From positions 1 to 23,153 of the IMG/VR virus record IMGVR_UViG_2791355197_000001: DNA of 23,153 nucleotides; one strand, written 5' to 3'. This document shows, piece by piece, positions 13,217 through 22,548 of the stretch (position 1 is the first letter of the stretch; the number at the start of each line of letters is the position of its first letter). A program made the position numbers and the translations under genes. The stretch is from a virus. Below the pieces are notes generated by a model. That model did no database searches, was not told where the DNA came from, and worked only from the letters and a program-made list of their open reading frames with translations.

Positions 13217-13423
13217 TCAATCTGGGGGCTCGTCGACCTGGTCTTCGTCGTATCTCTCCCAGTCCTTCTCGGGGAACTTCTGACCTTGCATGTCGCGTCG
13301 GTGAAGCTCTTCCTCCGACACCGTGGTGATCAGGACGAAATCCTCGGGTGTTGCGGCAGGCGTGAGGTACTTGTCGACTAAACGCCGCAGCTCAACCTGA
13401 AACTCGTACTTGCTGACTGTCAT
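13217..13423 (-). CDS. hypothetical protein
   Basis: 68 aa; acidic C-terminus. Confidence 0.55.
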   Translation of the reverse strand: MTVSKYEFQVELRRLVDKYLTPAATPEDFVLITTVSEEELHRRDMQGQKFPEKDWERYDEDQVDEPPD

Positions 13424-13688
13424 TTCCGCGCGCTCGCCTAGCTTGGCGGCCGATCGTTCCGGATCGGTCGGCTCCGCAGTTCTTCAGCAGCCCGGCGCAG
13501 TTTCCACATCGCGAGAACCTCCTCCGGCCGGCGATGTTGCTCCGTAAGCCCTATTATCTCGCGCCGCAGCTTCAGCAGACGCAGGAGCTCAGCAGGCTCG
13601 TATCCCAATACTTTCACGCAATACTCCCTAAAACGGGCAGTATGGCAGGGCTCGACGCTCACTGCAATTTGCGGTGCGGAATTGATTT

Positions 13689-13832
13689 TCAGCCGCCGGC
13701 GGTTTGTCCGATGAGGGCGCCGATCCAATATGCGAGCATGAGCAGGCTCACGGCTACCAGCGAGATCATCGCGGCCGGAAACAGTGACGTGCGCCTCGGC
13801 GCGGAAATCGCGATGTCGCTCATGCAACCGTA
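13689..13832 (-). CDS. small single-TM hypothetical protein
   Basis: ..LFPAAMISLVAVSLLMLAYWIGALIG; start uncertain. Confidence 0.4.
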   Translation of the reverse strand, partial: YGCMSDIAISAPRRTSLFPAAMISLVAVSLLMLAYWIGALIGQTAGG

Positions 13833-13892
13833 CATAGTCTTGACCGCTCGCTGATCATATCCGGACTGATACGGAGCAAGGTCCAGAAACGC

Positions 13893-13927
13893 AAAAAGCC
13901 CGGCCATCCCTTTCGGGACAGCCGGGC
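13893..13927 (-). terminator. rho-independent terminator of the late/lysis operon
   Basis: GCCCGGCTGTCCC GAAA GGGATGGCCGGGC followed by TTTTT. Confidence 0.8.
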
Positions 13928-14054
13928 AAGTTGCGTTTTGGGTCGCAAGTTCGGGAAGCCGCGGATTTCTCCGCGACAACCCTTGGTCACCGTCGCAACT
14001 TGGAGGGCCGACGACGGTCTATCGCAGCGCGGGCATGCGCTGGATCAGTTCTCC

Positions 14055-14414
14055 CTACTCGTCGACGCCGCCGTAGGTGCCGGGCGCGTACGGCCAGTCC
14101 GACAGTTCGACGGTCTGACCGGATAGCTTGTGCGGGCTATCCGCACAGAACTCGATTCGACCATCACGGATGAAATAGTGGCACTCGGTCCGTCGCTGAC
14201 CTTCAGGCAAGCGCTTCTGGCCATCATGGTTCGTCCAGATCAGGACGGAAGGGTTGAACGTCGGGCGCTCGTAGTCGCCATTGAACGACCACGACGCCCC
14301 CGGTCCGGCGATTTTGATGCCGTGCACCTCATCGCAACCAGGACACCAATGCAGGATCGCGCGATATCCATCGGCGCCGGATGCCGACCTGAGCTTCTTG
14401 CCGATCGCGCCCAT
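14055..14414 (-). CDS. DUF6527-like protein
   Basis: WCPGC..H, WSFNGD.ERPTF.PSVL, CH.FIRDGRIEFC.DS.H.L.GQTV. Confidence 0.85.
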   Translation of the reverse strand: MGAIGKKLRSASGADGYRAILHWCPGCDEVHGIKIAGPGASWSFNGDYERPTFNPSVLIWTNHDGQKRLPEGQRRTECHYFIRDGRIEFCADSPHKLSGQTVELSDWPYAPGTYGGVDE

Positions 14415-14841
14415 CAGCTTTTCCGGCCGTAGTCCGGGCCGATATTCGGCACCCGCCAGGTCTTACCGTCCAGATCGGCCGTGAATTCACCATTGCGCAG
14501 GAAGCCGTGGTAGTCGTCTGCGATGATCGACGGCGCGCAGGTGATGTTCGGCCATTCGCCCGTGACCTGCCAGCCATCGCCGTTCGATGACTTGTGGTCG
14601 ATGTTCCACATCGAGCCGTTCGGGCAAACCACGCAAATCGGTGGGCGCTTTCCGCGCCAGTCGCGATTGTAGTGACCGAAAGCTGAAAGCCGCGTCCCTC
14701 CTCCAGTTGCCAGTCGCAGTACCAGCCCATGCCGGGCAGAAAGATGCGTCGGTCATTGCGCCAGAAGCCGTCAACGACGGCTTTGTCGCCCAGCGCCTTG
14801 TATTCGTCGAAGCTGAGCAGCTTCGGCGTGAGCCGAGTCAT
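14414..14841 (-). pseudogene. second DUF6527-like gene, frameshifted near 14675
   Basis: MTRLTP..PGMGWY..FQLS continues in another frame as HYNRDWRGKRPPICVVCPNG..W.VTGEWPNITCAPSI...YHGFLRNG. Confidence 0.65.
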
Positions 14842-14856
14842 GGTGCCTCCGCGAGG

Positions 14857-15030
14857 TTATTGAGGGATTGACGCGAGGATGAAGCAAAGCGCCACGACCA
14901 GGAGCCCGATGAATGCGACACCGAAGCCCATGTTCGTCTCGTCGACCGACTTTGCGATATTCACCATCACGAATCCGGCGAGCACAGCGACGACGCCGGC
15001 GGCAGCGGCAATCGTGACCATCAAGTCCAT
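14857..15030 (-). CDS. 57-aa two-TM membrane protein
   Basis: MDLMVTIAAAAGVVAVLAGFVMV..MGFGVAFIGLLVVALCFILASIPQ* (not in the ORF track). Confidence 0.6.
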   Translation of the reverse strand: MDLMVTIAAAAGVVAVLAGFVMVNIAKSVDETNMGFGVAFIGLLVVALCFILASIPQ

Positions 15031-15039
15031 TGCTGCGGC

Positions 15040-15429
15040 CTAGGCGACGAGGGAAAGTGTGACCGCGATCGCGGCCGCAACGATGGTGGTGAATATCCAG
15101 ACTCGCCTGCCCCAGCGATCGGGTGCAAACACCCGAATGACACAGGCGACGCCGAGGATCTGGACCAGTGCGGTGACAAGCAGCACCGGGCTGTGCAGCA
15201 TCGAATCCGCGTCCACCCCGCCGTTGTCGAGATGACGCCACCACCAGATCCATATCCGAGACGCCGCCTCTGGTGCGAAAGCGACGAACAGGGAAATCGC
15301 GGCCTGAAGGCGGACGCGCTTGACGCCGTTCTCCAGGATCTCGCGGGCCATGTAGATGCCTAACATGAAGCAGGCAAAGATCAGCAGGAACGCCAGCGTG
15401 CCGTTCGCTCCCTCGAGCAATTTCAACAT
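15040..15429 (-). CDS. four-TM membrane protein
   Basis: MLKLLEGANG.. with four hydrophobic segments. Confidence 0.75.
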   Translation of the reverse strand: MLKLLEGANGTLAFLLIFACFMLGIYMAREILENGVKRVRLQAAISLFVAFAPEAASRIWIWWWRHLDNGGVDADSMLHSPVLLVTALVQILGVACVIRVFAPDRWGRRVWIFTTIVAAAIAVTLSLVA

Positions 15430-15430
15430 T

Positions 15431-15715
15431 TCAATTTCCCTGCCTCTGGCCGAATGACCGCATGTGATGGACGAGCTGCGCAATCTCGTCGTGCCGTGGC
15501 GATGCCTGCGCGGACTCGCTCGAAGAACGCGAAAGGATTACTGCTTCACGCAACCGGTCTTGGGCCTGGCTGATTTCTCGATCTGCGGTATCGAGGCGGC
15601 GCATCGTGGCATCGAGGTCATGCAATGCATTTTCGGCAGACGCTTTTTCGATCTCCTCTTCATCGAACGGTTCGATGAGACGGAATTGACGCAATATGTT
15701 TCGGAGGAAGCTCAT
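15431..15715 (-). CDS. hypothetical coiled-coil protein
   Basis: 94 aa; ATGA coupling to the upstream gene. Confidence 0.7.
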   Translation of the reverse strand: MSFLRNILRQFRLIEPFDEEEIEKASAENALHDLDATMRRLDTADREISQAQDRLREAVILSRSSSESAQASPRHDEIAQLVHHMRSFGQRQGN

Positions 15716-16236
15716 CGCGGCCTCCGCAAAAGGGCCCCATCAATCTTCGAGGCAATGCTGTCAATCTTGACCTTCAGTTCCGTAGCCGCAGTAGCGGCTG
15801 CCGCGCTGCTGTCCCTCGCGAGGGTCACCGACCCGGTGAGGACTCGGATTGCTTCAGCGTGCGCTGCAAATGCGCTGATCAGATCCTTCAGCTTCTCGAT
15901 GTTGCCTTCGTGGTAGAACTCGATCCTCTGGTTCACCATCTCGAATGCCGTGGCCTGCACTTTGATGGCCTCGGCAAGCGCCTCGGTGACGCGGTTCCGC
16001 TCCTCGGTCGATTCAGCGACCTTGGTCAGCGCCGCGTTGTTGGCCTCGACCAGTTTGCTGAACCGCGCGAGCTCTTCCTTCCGCTCGATATGGAGACGGT
16101 TGTTCGCTTTGAAGAGCACAACGATGGCCCCAGCCAAGACGGGAATGGTTGTCAGCAACACCGCGATCACGGCGCCAGCTGGTCCCCAGCCCGCGAGGGT
16201 TTGGGCAACGATCTCCGGCGTGCCGGCGGCGCCCAT
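15712..16236 (-). CDS. membrane-anchored coiled-coil protein (lysis cassette)
   Basis: N-terminal TM then long heptad-rich region; TGATG coupling. Confidence 0.75.
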   Translation of the reverse strand: MGAAGTPEIVAQTLAGWGPAGAVIAVLLTTIPVLAGAIVVLFKANNRLHIERKEELARFSKLVEANNAALTKVAESTEERNRVTEALAEAIKVQATAFEMVNQRIEFYHEGNIEKLKDLISAFAAHAEAIRVLTGSVTLARDSSAAAATAATELKVKIDSIASKIDGALLRRPR

Positions 16237-16478
16237 CAACGCTTCCCCGCCTTCTTGCGCCGCGAGCAAGCCCGGGCGACGTCGCGGTCACCGATCGCCT
16301 GAACGGCTACCGCGGCGAGCGCGCTGTTCGGCGCCGCCCTCATCTCGGCGGCGACCTGTTTCTGGACGTCCTGAGACCATGCCCGGACCGACGGACAGAC
16401 AACCGTCGGCGCCGGATCGGGCATCGTGCAGGTAAGCTGGACCGCAATGAAGGCCCAGCCGGTGCAGGTGAACGTCAC
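16236..16478 (-). CDS. possible o-spanin (Rz1-like) protein
   Basis: Small Cys/Pro-containing ORF (VVCPSVRAWS..RACSRR) coupled to an Rz-like gene. Confidence 0.5.
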   Translation of the reverse strand: MTFTCTGWAFIAVQLTCTMPDPAPTVVCPSVRAWSQDVQKQVAAEMRAAPNSALAAVAVQAIGDRDVARACSRRKKAGKR

Positions 16479-16741
16479 GCTGATCCCTCCTCGAGCCGCT
16501 TGATGGCGTCGTCGACCGACTTCGGGGCGTTGGCTTGCGCCTCGAGCTCGGCCTGCTGAGCCTCAATGGTGGCGTTCTGCTGCTGGACGGTGGCCTGAGC
16601 CGCACCGAGATCCTTGGCGTTCTGGTCGGCCCGCTGCCGCGCCAAGTAATCGTTCAGCGAGCTCCCGAAGGCGTTGAAGAACGCCTCCAGGAGCGGCTGC
16701 AGCGCGGTCAGAACGGCGGCGAGTGTTGCCCCGCTGAACAT
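16475..16741 (-). CDS. possible i-spanin (Rz-like) protein
   Basis: N-terminal hydrophobic segment, Gln/Ala coiled coil; position downstream of the holin-like gene. Confidence 0.6.
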   Translation of the reverse strand: MFSGATLAAVLTALQPLLEAFFNAFGSSLNDYLARQRADQNAKDLGAAQATVQQQNATIEAQQAELEAQANAPKSVDDAIKRLEEGSA

Positions 16742-16750
16742 GATGCCGCC

Positions 16751-17446
16751 TTAGGTCTTGGTAACGCTCGAGACCGCGGCGTTGACGTCCGGAACGGCGT
16801 CCGGCGCCAAGTTCAGACGCGCGATGATCTTCTGGGCGATGGCGTCGGGCCCGCCCATCCAGGAGGTCAGCCAGTCCGGCGAGTGGTCGATGACGTACTG
16901 GAGAGCCTGGGCGAGCACGGCGTTGTGCACGTCGACCGTGAGCGCCTTATCCTTCGTCGCGCCCTGCACCATGTTGATGGCGTAGTCGATACCCTTCTGG
17001 AGCAACTGATCGGCGCGGACCGACACCACGATGGCGTAGACCTGAGCCGGTAGCTTCCGGAGAAGCCAGGTCACGAACGCAAAGATCAGCGTGCCGATCG
17101 CGCCGGCCCACTGCGCGATCGTGGCGCCGTATGCCCACGTCACCTTGGTGGTCTCGCTGGTCGCCTGCGCGACGGTCTCCGGCGCCGCCGCATCCGCGGC
17201 AAAGGCGACATCGATCGCGAGCGAGGCGCCGACGAGCACGGCGAACCCCAGTGCGAACGGCCGCACGCTCCGCGGCAGAACGATGGTAGCCAGCACCAGG
17301 CCGAGCAGTGCGACGATCAGGGTGCCGGTCGGGTCGAAGGCAGGCCCGGCGTCGGCGAAAAAGGTCGAGTTGAAGGAGCCTGCCAGTGCGAGACTCGGCG
17401 CGAGCAGAATCGGCACGGCAAAAGCCGCGCTGTAGATGCGGTTCAT
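16751..17446 (-). CDS. holin-like membrane protein
   Basis: Several TM segments plus C-terminal helical domain (ADQLLQKGIDYAIN..ALQYV..H.PD); located in the lysis module. Confidence 0.65.
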   Translation of the reverse strand: MNRIYSAAFAVPILLAPSLALAGSFNSTFFADAGPAFDPTGTLIVALLGLVLATIVLPRSVRPFALGFAVLVGASLAIDVAFAADAAAPETVAQATSETTKVTWAYGATIAQWAGAIGTLIFAFVTWLLRKLPAQVYAIVVSVRADQLLQKGIDYAINMVQGATKDKALTVDVHNAVLAQALQYVIDHSPDWLTSWMGGPDAIAQKIIARLNLAPDAVPDVNAAVSSVTKT

Positions 17447-17496
17447 GTTTCACCTTTTCGATGTGGAAATGCGCGATTACCGTCGCGCGGCGTTCT

Positions 17497-18066
17497 TCAA
17501 GATGCCCGGCGATAGGTGCCGAACACGAAGTCCCAGACCGGCGTCGTGACGCCGAAATTACCCTTCCCGCCCCGATGATGACCGGAGTGGTGTTCGTTCA
17601 TGAAGGCGACGTACCATGACAGCCTCGCCTTCGGTCCGTGATGATGAAAACGGACATGGATGCCGCAGTAGGCCAGGTAGCCAATCATCACGCCCGCGAC
17701 GAAGACCGACGAGCGATCCTCGCCGACAATCGCCGTTACGATCAGCCACGCCGCTGCAAATGCCGAGAAGGTGCCGATGCTCGAGATCCCGATCATGTCG
17801 CGGGGAAGCCGATGGTGCATGTCGTGCATCGGCGCGAAGCGATTGTTGCCGTGGAAGATCGCGCGGTGGATCCAGTATTCCGCGAGCGTCCAAGTGACGG
17901 CTCCGGCTGTGAGCCAGCCGGCGATCGCGGAAAACCGTAGCCCGCCCAGGACCGCGAAGGCGACCAACGAGCAGACCGCCCACGGCACCAGCAGGAAGTC
18001 GAGGAAATACTGGAACGGCGACAAGTCGAAAGCCGGATCGAGACCGGCGTGACGGTCCTGGTCCAT
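17497..18066 (-). CDS. fatty acid hydroxylase / sterol desaturase family protein
   Basis: His boxes EYWIHRAIFH, HDMHH, HVRFHH, HHSGHH and NFGVTTPVWDFVFGT. Confidence 0.92.
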   Translation of the reverse strand: MDQDRHAGLDPAFDLSPFQYFLDFLLVPWAVCSLVAFAVLGGLRFSAIAGWLTAGAVTWTLAEYWIHRAIFHGNNRFAPMHDMHHRLPRDMIGISSIGTFSAFAAAWLIVTAIVGEDRSSVFVAGVMIGYLAYCGIHVRFHHHGPKARLSWYVAFMNEHHSGHHRGGKGNFGVTTPVWDFVFGTYRRAS

Positions 18067-18071
18067 GGCCT

Positions 18072-18857
18072 TCAGGCCTCGTTCGTGGACACACGGCCGT
18101 CGCTGCGAACGATCGGCAGATGACTGAAACCGATCTGACTCGCTGGCGGCGGCGCAACGTCCTTCGGCCACCAAAAGCCTTGGTTGAGCCGCGACGTCGC
18201 GAAGGGCTCGATGTTGACGGCGTCCGACTGGTTGCCGCCAAGCCCCATGACGTTGCCATGCTGATCCTTGCCGACCACGACCGTGATGTGGCCCCCGCCG
18301 CTCCGCTTCATCGGAGCGAAGGCGCCGACGGCAGGCCCGGCGAGCTTCACGGCTGGCCAGTGGCCGGCGAAATCGAGCGCCCACAGGGTCTCGGTGCCCT
18401 TGAGACCGACCTTGGTCAGGATGTGGTTGGCGAAGAGCGCACACCACGGGATCGAGTCGTGGGTATATTCGGCTGCGATATCGCCGCCCTCGTCCTTCGC
18501 CCACTGGATGATGACGGGGTTGTCTTTGGAGCCAGCCCCCTCCTTGGTCCCAATCAGCTTGATGCCGGCTTCGAGCCAAAGCGGGCGGCCGATCTCGGTT
18601 GCCGGAGCCGGAACCGGAACCTTGTTCGCCAGAGCGGTATCCAGAGCCGCCGCCGTCAGGGGGCCGACCTCGCCGTCAACCGTAAGGCCTGCCCGCTTCT
18701 GGAAAGCCTCGACGGCGGTATCGGTTGCCGGTCCAAACCACCCGGTACCGTTGAGCGCGTAACCAATAGATCTCAGCGCAAGCTGGACCTGCTTCACAAC
18801 GTCGCCCTGCGCGCCCAAGCGCAAGGGTTTCGCCGCTACGAGAGCTGCGATCGTCAT
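18072..18857 (-). CDS. endolysin: peptidoglycan-binding domain + TIGR02594-type CHAP/NlpC-P60 peptidase
   Basis: V..Q.AL..GY..G.FGPAT..AV.AFQ..GL.VDG.VGP.T; catalytic IPWCA..GGGHIT..LGGNQSD.V; AAGGAG RBS. Confidence 0.92.
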   Translation of the reverse strand: MTIAALVAAKPLRLGAQGDVVKQVQLALRSIGYALNGTGWFGPATDTAVEAFQKRAGLTVDGEVGPLTAAALDTALANKVPVPAPATEIGRPLWLEAGIKLIGTKEGAGSKDNPVIIQWAKDEGGDIAAEYTHDSIPWCALFANHILTKVGLKGTETLWALDFAGHWPAVKLAGPAVGAFAPMKRSGGGHITVVVGKDQHGNVMGLGGNQSDAVNIEPFATSRLNQGFWWPKDVAPPPASQIGFSHLPIVRSDGRVSTNEA

Positions 18858-18878
18858 CTCGTTTCTCCTTGTGGTACG

Positions 18879-18904
18879 AAAAAAGCCGCCGAAATCGGCG
18901 GCTT
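18879..18904 (-). terminator. rho-independent terminator
   Basis: AAGCCGCCGA TT TCGGCGGCTT followed by a T run. Confidence 0.65.
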
Positions 18905-19345
18905 ACGTGGGTCAGACGGCTGTTCAGGCCGCGGTGGCGTCAGGACTCAGTCCGAACCCGAATGGCCGGTCAGCCAATTTGCCGGCTTTACTTCAGGTTG
19001 CGTCGAGGATAGTTCGCGTGTGCGGTGTCTTGAAACGCATCGCCGTCGACAGGGGCTAGCGAGGGCCGGGTCACTGGTCCCTGCGCCCTGTCGATCGAGG
19101 TCCCATCTGTTGTTTCGTCGGTATTTCTGTGCCTAATAGGCGCGCCGTTTTGAGCTTGAAACCTCGGAATGGCGGATCACCGTAGTAGAGGCTACCGGCC
19201 CCATGCCGGGGGGGCCCAGCAAATACGCCGTCGACCGCGCCGGGTAGCTCCTGGCGCAAGATGTGCCAATACCTGGGGTCAGCACCTCTACTGCTGAGTT
19301 TCAACCCACCCCGGCACCAGCCTGGGGCAGCGTAGAGGGCTGCTT

Positions 19346-19528
19346 GTGGTCACCAGGACCAAGAACTTCGCTTTTTACGGTGCGTTCATTGCACTGTTCA
19401 TCGGGCTGAAGCTGATTTCGAGCTACTACCCTGACCTGCTAGGCCCGCGCACGCCGCACTTTATTTGCGAACCCTTCGACGGCAAGGCGCTGTCGGAACC
19501 GCAATGCGTTCGCTGGAAGATCCCATGA
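19346..19528 (+). CDS. small membrane protein
   Basis: Single TM (FAFYGAFIALFIGLKLI) followed by a Cys pair; ATGA coupling to the next ORF. Confidence 0.55.
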   Translation: MVTRTKNFAFYGAFIALFIGLKLISSYYPDLLGPRTPHFICEPFDGKALSEPQCVRWKIP

Positions 19529-19692
19529 GCGCTGGCATATGGGTCTTGGTCTCAGTCGGGGCCGCAATCGCAATGCTAAAGATAGTCGTGCTGATCGATT
19601 GGCTCATCAAATATAGGCGGATGAGCCTTCCGGAGCGCCAAGAAGCGCTCCGGTCTATAGGTGAAGGTGACGTGTCGGGTTGGGGTAACTAG
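19525..19692 (+). CDS. small membrane protein
   Basis: MSAGIWVLVSVGAAIAMLKIVVLIDWLI.. Confidence 0.55.
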   Translation: MSAGIWVLVSVGAAIAMLKIVVLIDWLIKYRRMSLPERQEALRSIGEGDVSGWGN

Positions 19693-19710
19693 ACAGAAAC
19701 CCTGTGACAA

Positions 19711-22476
19711 TCACCACCGCAACGAAAATGTCGCGCCGTCCATCTGCGCGGCGGTAGCGATGCTGCCGCCCACCATATTCCAAAGATAGAACGTAATCGA
19801 ATTGTCTCCGACAGTGCTCACGCGCGCCTGAAACCATTGCCCCGAACTACCGGAGTGGTCGAACGACGCGCGGATCACGCCCGGATTATCGAACAACGAT
19901 TTGACGCGGTACCGAAACTTGCAGACAACCTCATAGGGAAACGAAGTTGTCGCAACCGAGTCGAGCGCATCGAAATTGTCCTTCAAGTCGCTGATGGTAA
20001 ACAGTCCCGTTGATTGGGAGTACGTCAGCGCGCATGAGCCGTGGATCACCTCTCTCCGCTTATCGTTGAAGTTGACGGCCTGGGTCGTGGCGACCGAAGT
20101 ATACATCGGGTCATAGTATCGGGGATCGAGCCGCTGCTCGCGGCCACCGCTGAAATGCCTCTGAACCAGCGCGTCAAAGAGAACCTTATTGCCACGCTTC
20201 GTCATGTGGATGTTGTCATAACGCCAGTATGCAGGATCGAGCGTTGCGAACAGCGCTTGCGTATCGAAGAACAGACAATTCAGACTTTCCGCAGTAACCC
20301 GCTCCAAGGCGAGGAAATCCCGCATTGTCGATCCGTTCAGGACATCGGTAGGCCCATAACCCGCCGCGCTGTTTGGCGTTGGTGCCATCACGACGATCTC
20401 ACAATGCGGGTTCGTCGCTCTGGTGTTGTTGATGAGACTCGTCAGATCGGCCGCGAACTGCTCTTTCGTCTTGCTCGCACGGTCGTTTGCACCCGTGATG
20501 ATGATCAGCAGATCGGGGTTGTAGTTACCGATGCGAGCCGCGTATTCCGCATTGATCTGCGCAGTCGTGTAGCCCCCATGCCCGGTTAGCTGGAAGTTGG
20601 TCAACTTCGAACTAATTCCCTGGATGAACATCGTCATGTTCCCGGTGAGGGCCGAGCCATCCGCATTGCTGAAATTCTTCAGGATGATCTTGACCGGGTG
20701 CTGGTTGTTCGCACCGCAATCGATTTCTGTCTGGTGGGTCTGAAAACCAGCCCAGCTTGTCGTCGCTTGGTTGGTCAACAGAGCAACGTCTACCTCAGTC
20801 GTGTACGGGTAGAGCGAATAGGATAGCTGACAACGTTGATTGTTCGAGCCCGCGTTTGGGTTGTTGAGCCAGTGCAGAAATGCCTTGCCGCTGCTGTCGA
20901 CGCTATTAAATCGATGCATGAACCATGCACGGTCGGTGGACTTCGTTGCGTTGATGCCGACATATCTCGAATTGAACGGCGTGACATATGCCGCTTGCGA
21001 GTATGCCGGCGCTGGCGTCCCTGCATCGACGTCCAAAATCCAATCCAGATTGTCCGCATGCTCCCAGGCAGGATCAAGCCTATGCGCGAAGTCCCTCAAC
21101 ATGAACGACCATGACATCATCCCCGGATAGAAGTCATAAGCGTTAACGGGTGAACCGCCCGGAATAGGAAAATCATAGGCGTTGAAGCTGAGGCTGTCGC
21201 CAGTGACGACGATGTTTTTTCCGTGGTACCGCAAGAGGTGCGAAAAATCTTTGTTGCAATCGGTCTGGGCTCCGATGTTGACGCGGACCAGCGGCGTGTT
21301 CGCAGCATATTCGGACGCATAGTTGACCGATGACACGTCACCGGCACCGGGCTGACCAGCGACGTTTATATTCCAACTAGCAAACGTTCCCGCGCCGCTG
21401 AACTTGTCGGCGACCACCGTCATCGCACCGCTAACGGGGTTGTAGTACGCAACGCCTTCCATCCAATTCGAGTAATCTCCTGAATCGGCGGTGATGCGAG
21501 CGCGAGCACCGTTCTTGTAGGCAAGCTCTGCCTGGGTAGAGAAATTCTGATTTCCTGTCCCAATTGTCAGGGACGTGGTCGAGGTGCCGCCATAGCCTAC
21601 CCCCGGTTCACCAGCGACGTTGATATTCCAGAACTCAAATGTTCCTGCACCGGCGATCTTATCAACGACTACCGTCATCGCACCTGTGGCGGAGACGTAA
21701 TACCCGATGCCTTCCATCCAGTTCGCTGGATCGGCCGTGAGGCGAATACGCGCGCCATTCGTGTAGGCTAGCCCCGCTTGCGTCTGGAAGTCGTGATTTC
21801 CTAGCCCGATTGTCAGCGACCAGTCCGAGGTGCCTCCGTATCCAGAACCTCTATCGCCCTTGTCGCCCTTGTCTCCCTTGCCAGCCAACAGGGTCCAGTA
21901 AGCTGGATTTGGCGGAGCGTTGCCGGCCGTTGGTGTGCCGTAACCATAGATGTACGCACTGCCCCCGGACGAGACCACATCGTTAACCGAGTAGTTAACG
22001 CCAGAATCGTAATTGCCCCTGAATGCGAAGCCCTTGTAGATTCCGAGGAACGACCACGCGCCTTCGGTTTTCACCCAAAGCTTACCGGTGCTGGCCTGGA
22101 ATCCGTACTGACCGTCTTTGCCGTAGGACGGGTCCGGCGCAGTAAGAGATGAAGCAACAAAGATGTAGAAGCCATCAGTGTTCAACGCCGCGACGAGCGT
22201 TGACACGTCAGACATGGCCTGCGCACCGACAATCCGCTGGAGAGATATTTGCCAAATGACATAGGCCACGTTGGCCTGTGCGCCTCCACCCCACGGCGTG
22301 ATGACGAGATGGGTCGGATCTGTAACGTCCGTGATGATCGTGTGGAAATTTCCAATCTGGAGAACGTCGCCGGGCCTCACGTTCGTGCTCGACCAAATCG
22401 TCGCTGCCCCGGTCACAGTGGTTCCGTTGGCGGCAACGGAAACCGTCCCGGTTGAATAGCTGGCAAGCGCCGTCAT
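19711..22476 (-). CDS. tail fibre/spike protein with SGNH/GDSL hydrolase domain
   Basis: N-terminal YSTGTVSV..TTVTG anchor, GDK collagen-like triplets, duplicated ~82-aa module, SGNH blocks GDSLS / GHGGYT / GAND / DNIH. Confidence 0.88.
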   Translation of the reverse strand: MTALASYSTGTVSVAANGTTVTGAATIWSSTNVRPGDVLQIGNFHTIITDVTDPTHLVITPWGGGAQANVAYVIWQISLQRIVGAQAMSDVSTLVAALNTDGFYIFVASSLTAPDPSYGKDGQYGFQASTGKLWVKTEGAWSFLGIYKGFAFRGNYDSGVNYSVNDVVSSGGSAYIYGYGTPTAGNAPPNPAYWTLLAGKGDKGDKGDRGSGYGGTSDWSLTIGLGNHDFQTQAGLAYTNGARIRLTADPANWMEGIGYYVSATGAMTVVVDKIAGAGTFEFWNINVAGEPGVGYGGTSTTSLTIGTGNQNFSTQAELAYKNGARARITADSGDYSNWMEGVAYYNPVSGAMTVVADKFSGAGTFASWNINVAGQPGAGDVSSVNYASEYAANTPLVRVNIGAQTDCNKDFSHLLRYHGKNIVVTGDSLSFNAYDFPIPGGSPVNAYDFYPGMMSWSFMLRDFAHRLDPAWEHADNLDWILDVDAGTPAPAYSQAAYVTPFNSRYVGINATKSTDRAWFMHRFNSVDSSGKAFLHWLNNPNAGSNNQRCQLSYSLYPYTTEVDVALLTNQATTSWAGFQTHQTEIDCGANNQHPVKIILKNFSNADGSALTGNMTMFIQGISSKLTNFQLTGHGGYTTAQINAEYAARIGNYNPDLLIIITGANDRASKTKEQFAADLTSLINNTRATNPHCEIVVMAPTPNSAAGYGPTDVLNGSTMRDFLALERVTAESLNCLFFDTQALFATLDPAYWRYDNIHMTKRGNKVLFDALVQRHFSGGREQRLDPRYYDPMYTSVATTQAVNFNDKRREVIHGSCALTYSQSTGLFTISDLKDNFDALDSVATTSFPYEVVCKFRYRVKSLFDNPGVIRASFDHSGSSGQWFQARVSTVGDNSITFYLWNMVGGSIATAAQMDGATFSLRW
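21346..21843 (-). repeat. intragenic tandem duplication of an ~82-aa module
   Basis: GYGGTS..SLTIG.GN..F.TQA.LAY.NGAR..NWMEG..YY..GAMTVV.DK..GAGTF..WNINVAG.PG occurs twice (21601-21843 and 21346-21597). Confidence 0.9.
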
Positions 22477-22548
22477 CTCGAGAACCTCTCGATCAAAGCT
22501 TCACTATGTTTTCTAGGTTGGAGCGAACGACGGCCCCGGAGCATCGGG

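Noticed and set aside
18067-18579. N-terminal extension of the desaturase ORF
   Set aside because: Out-of-frame overlap with the endolysin gene; low-complexity Arg-rich translation.
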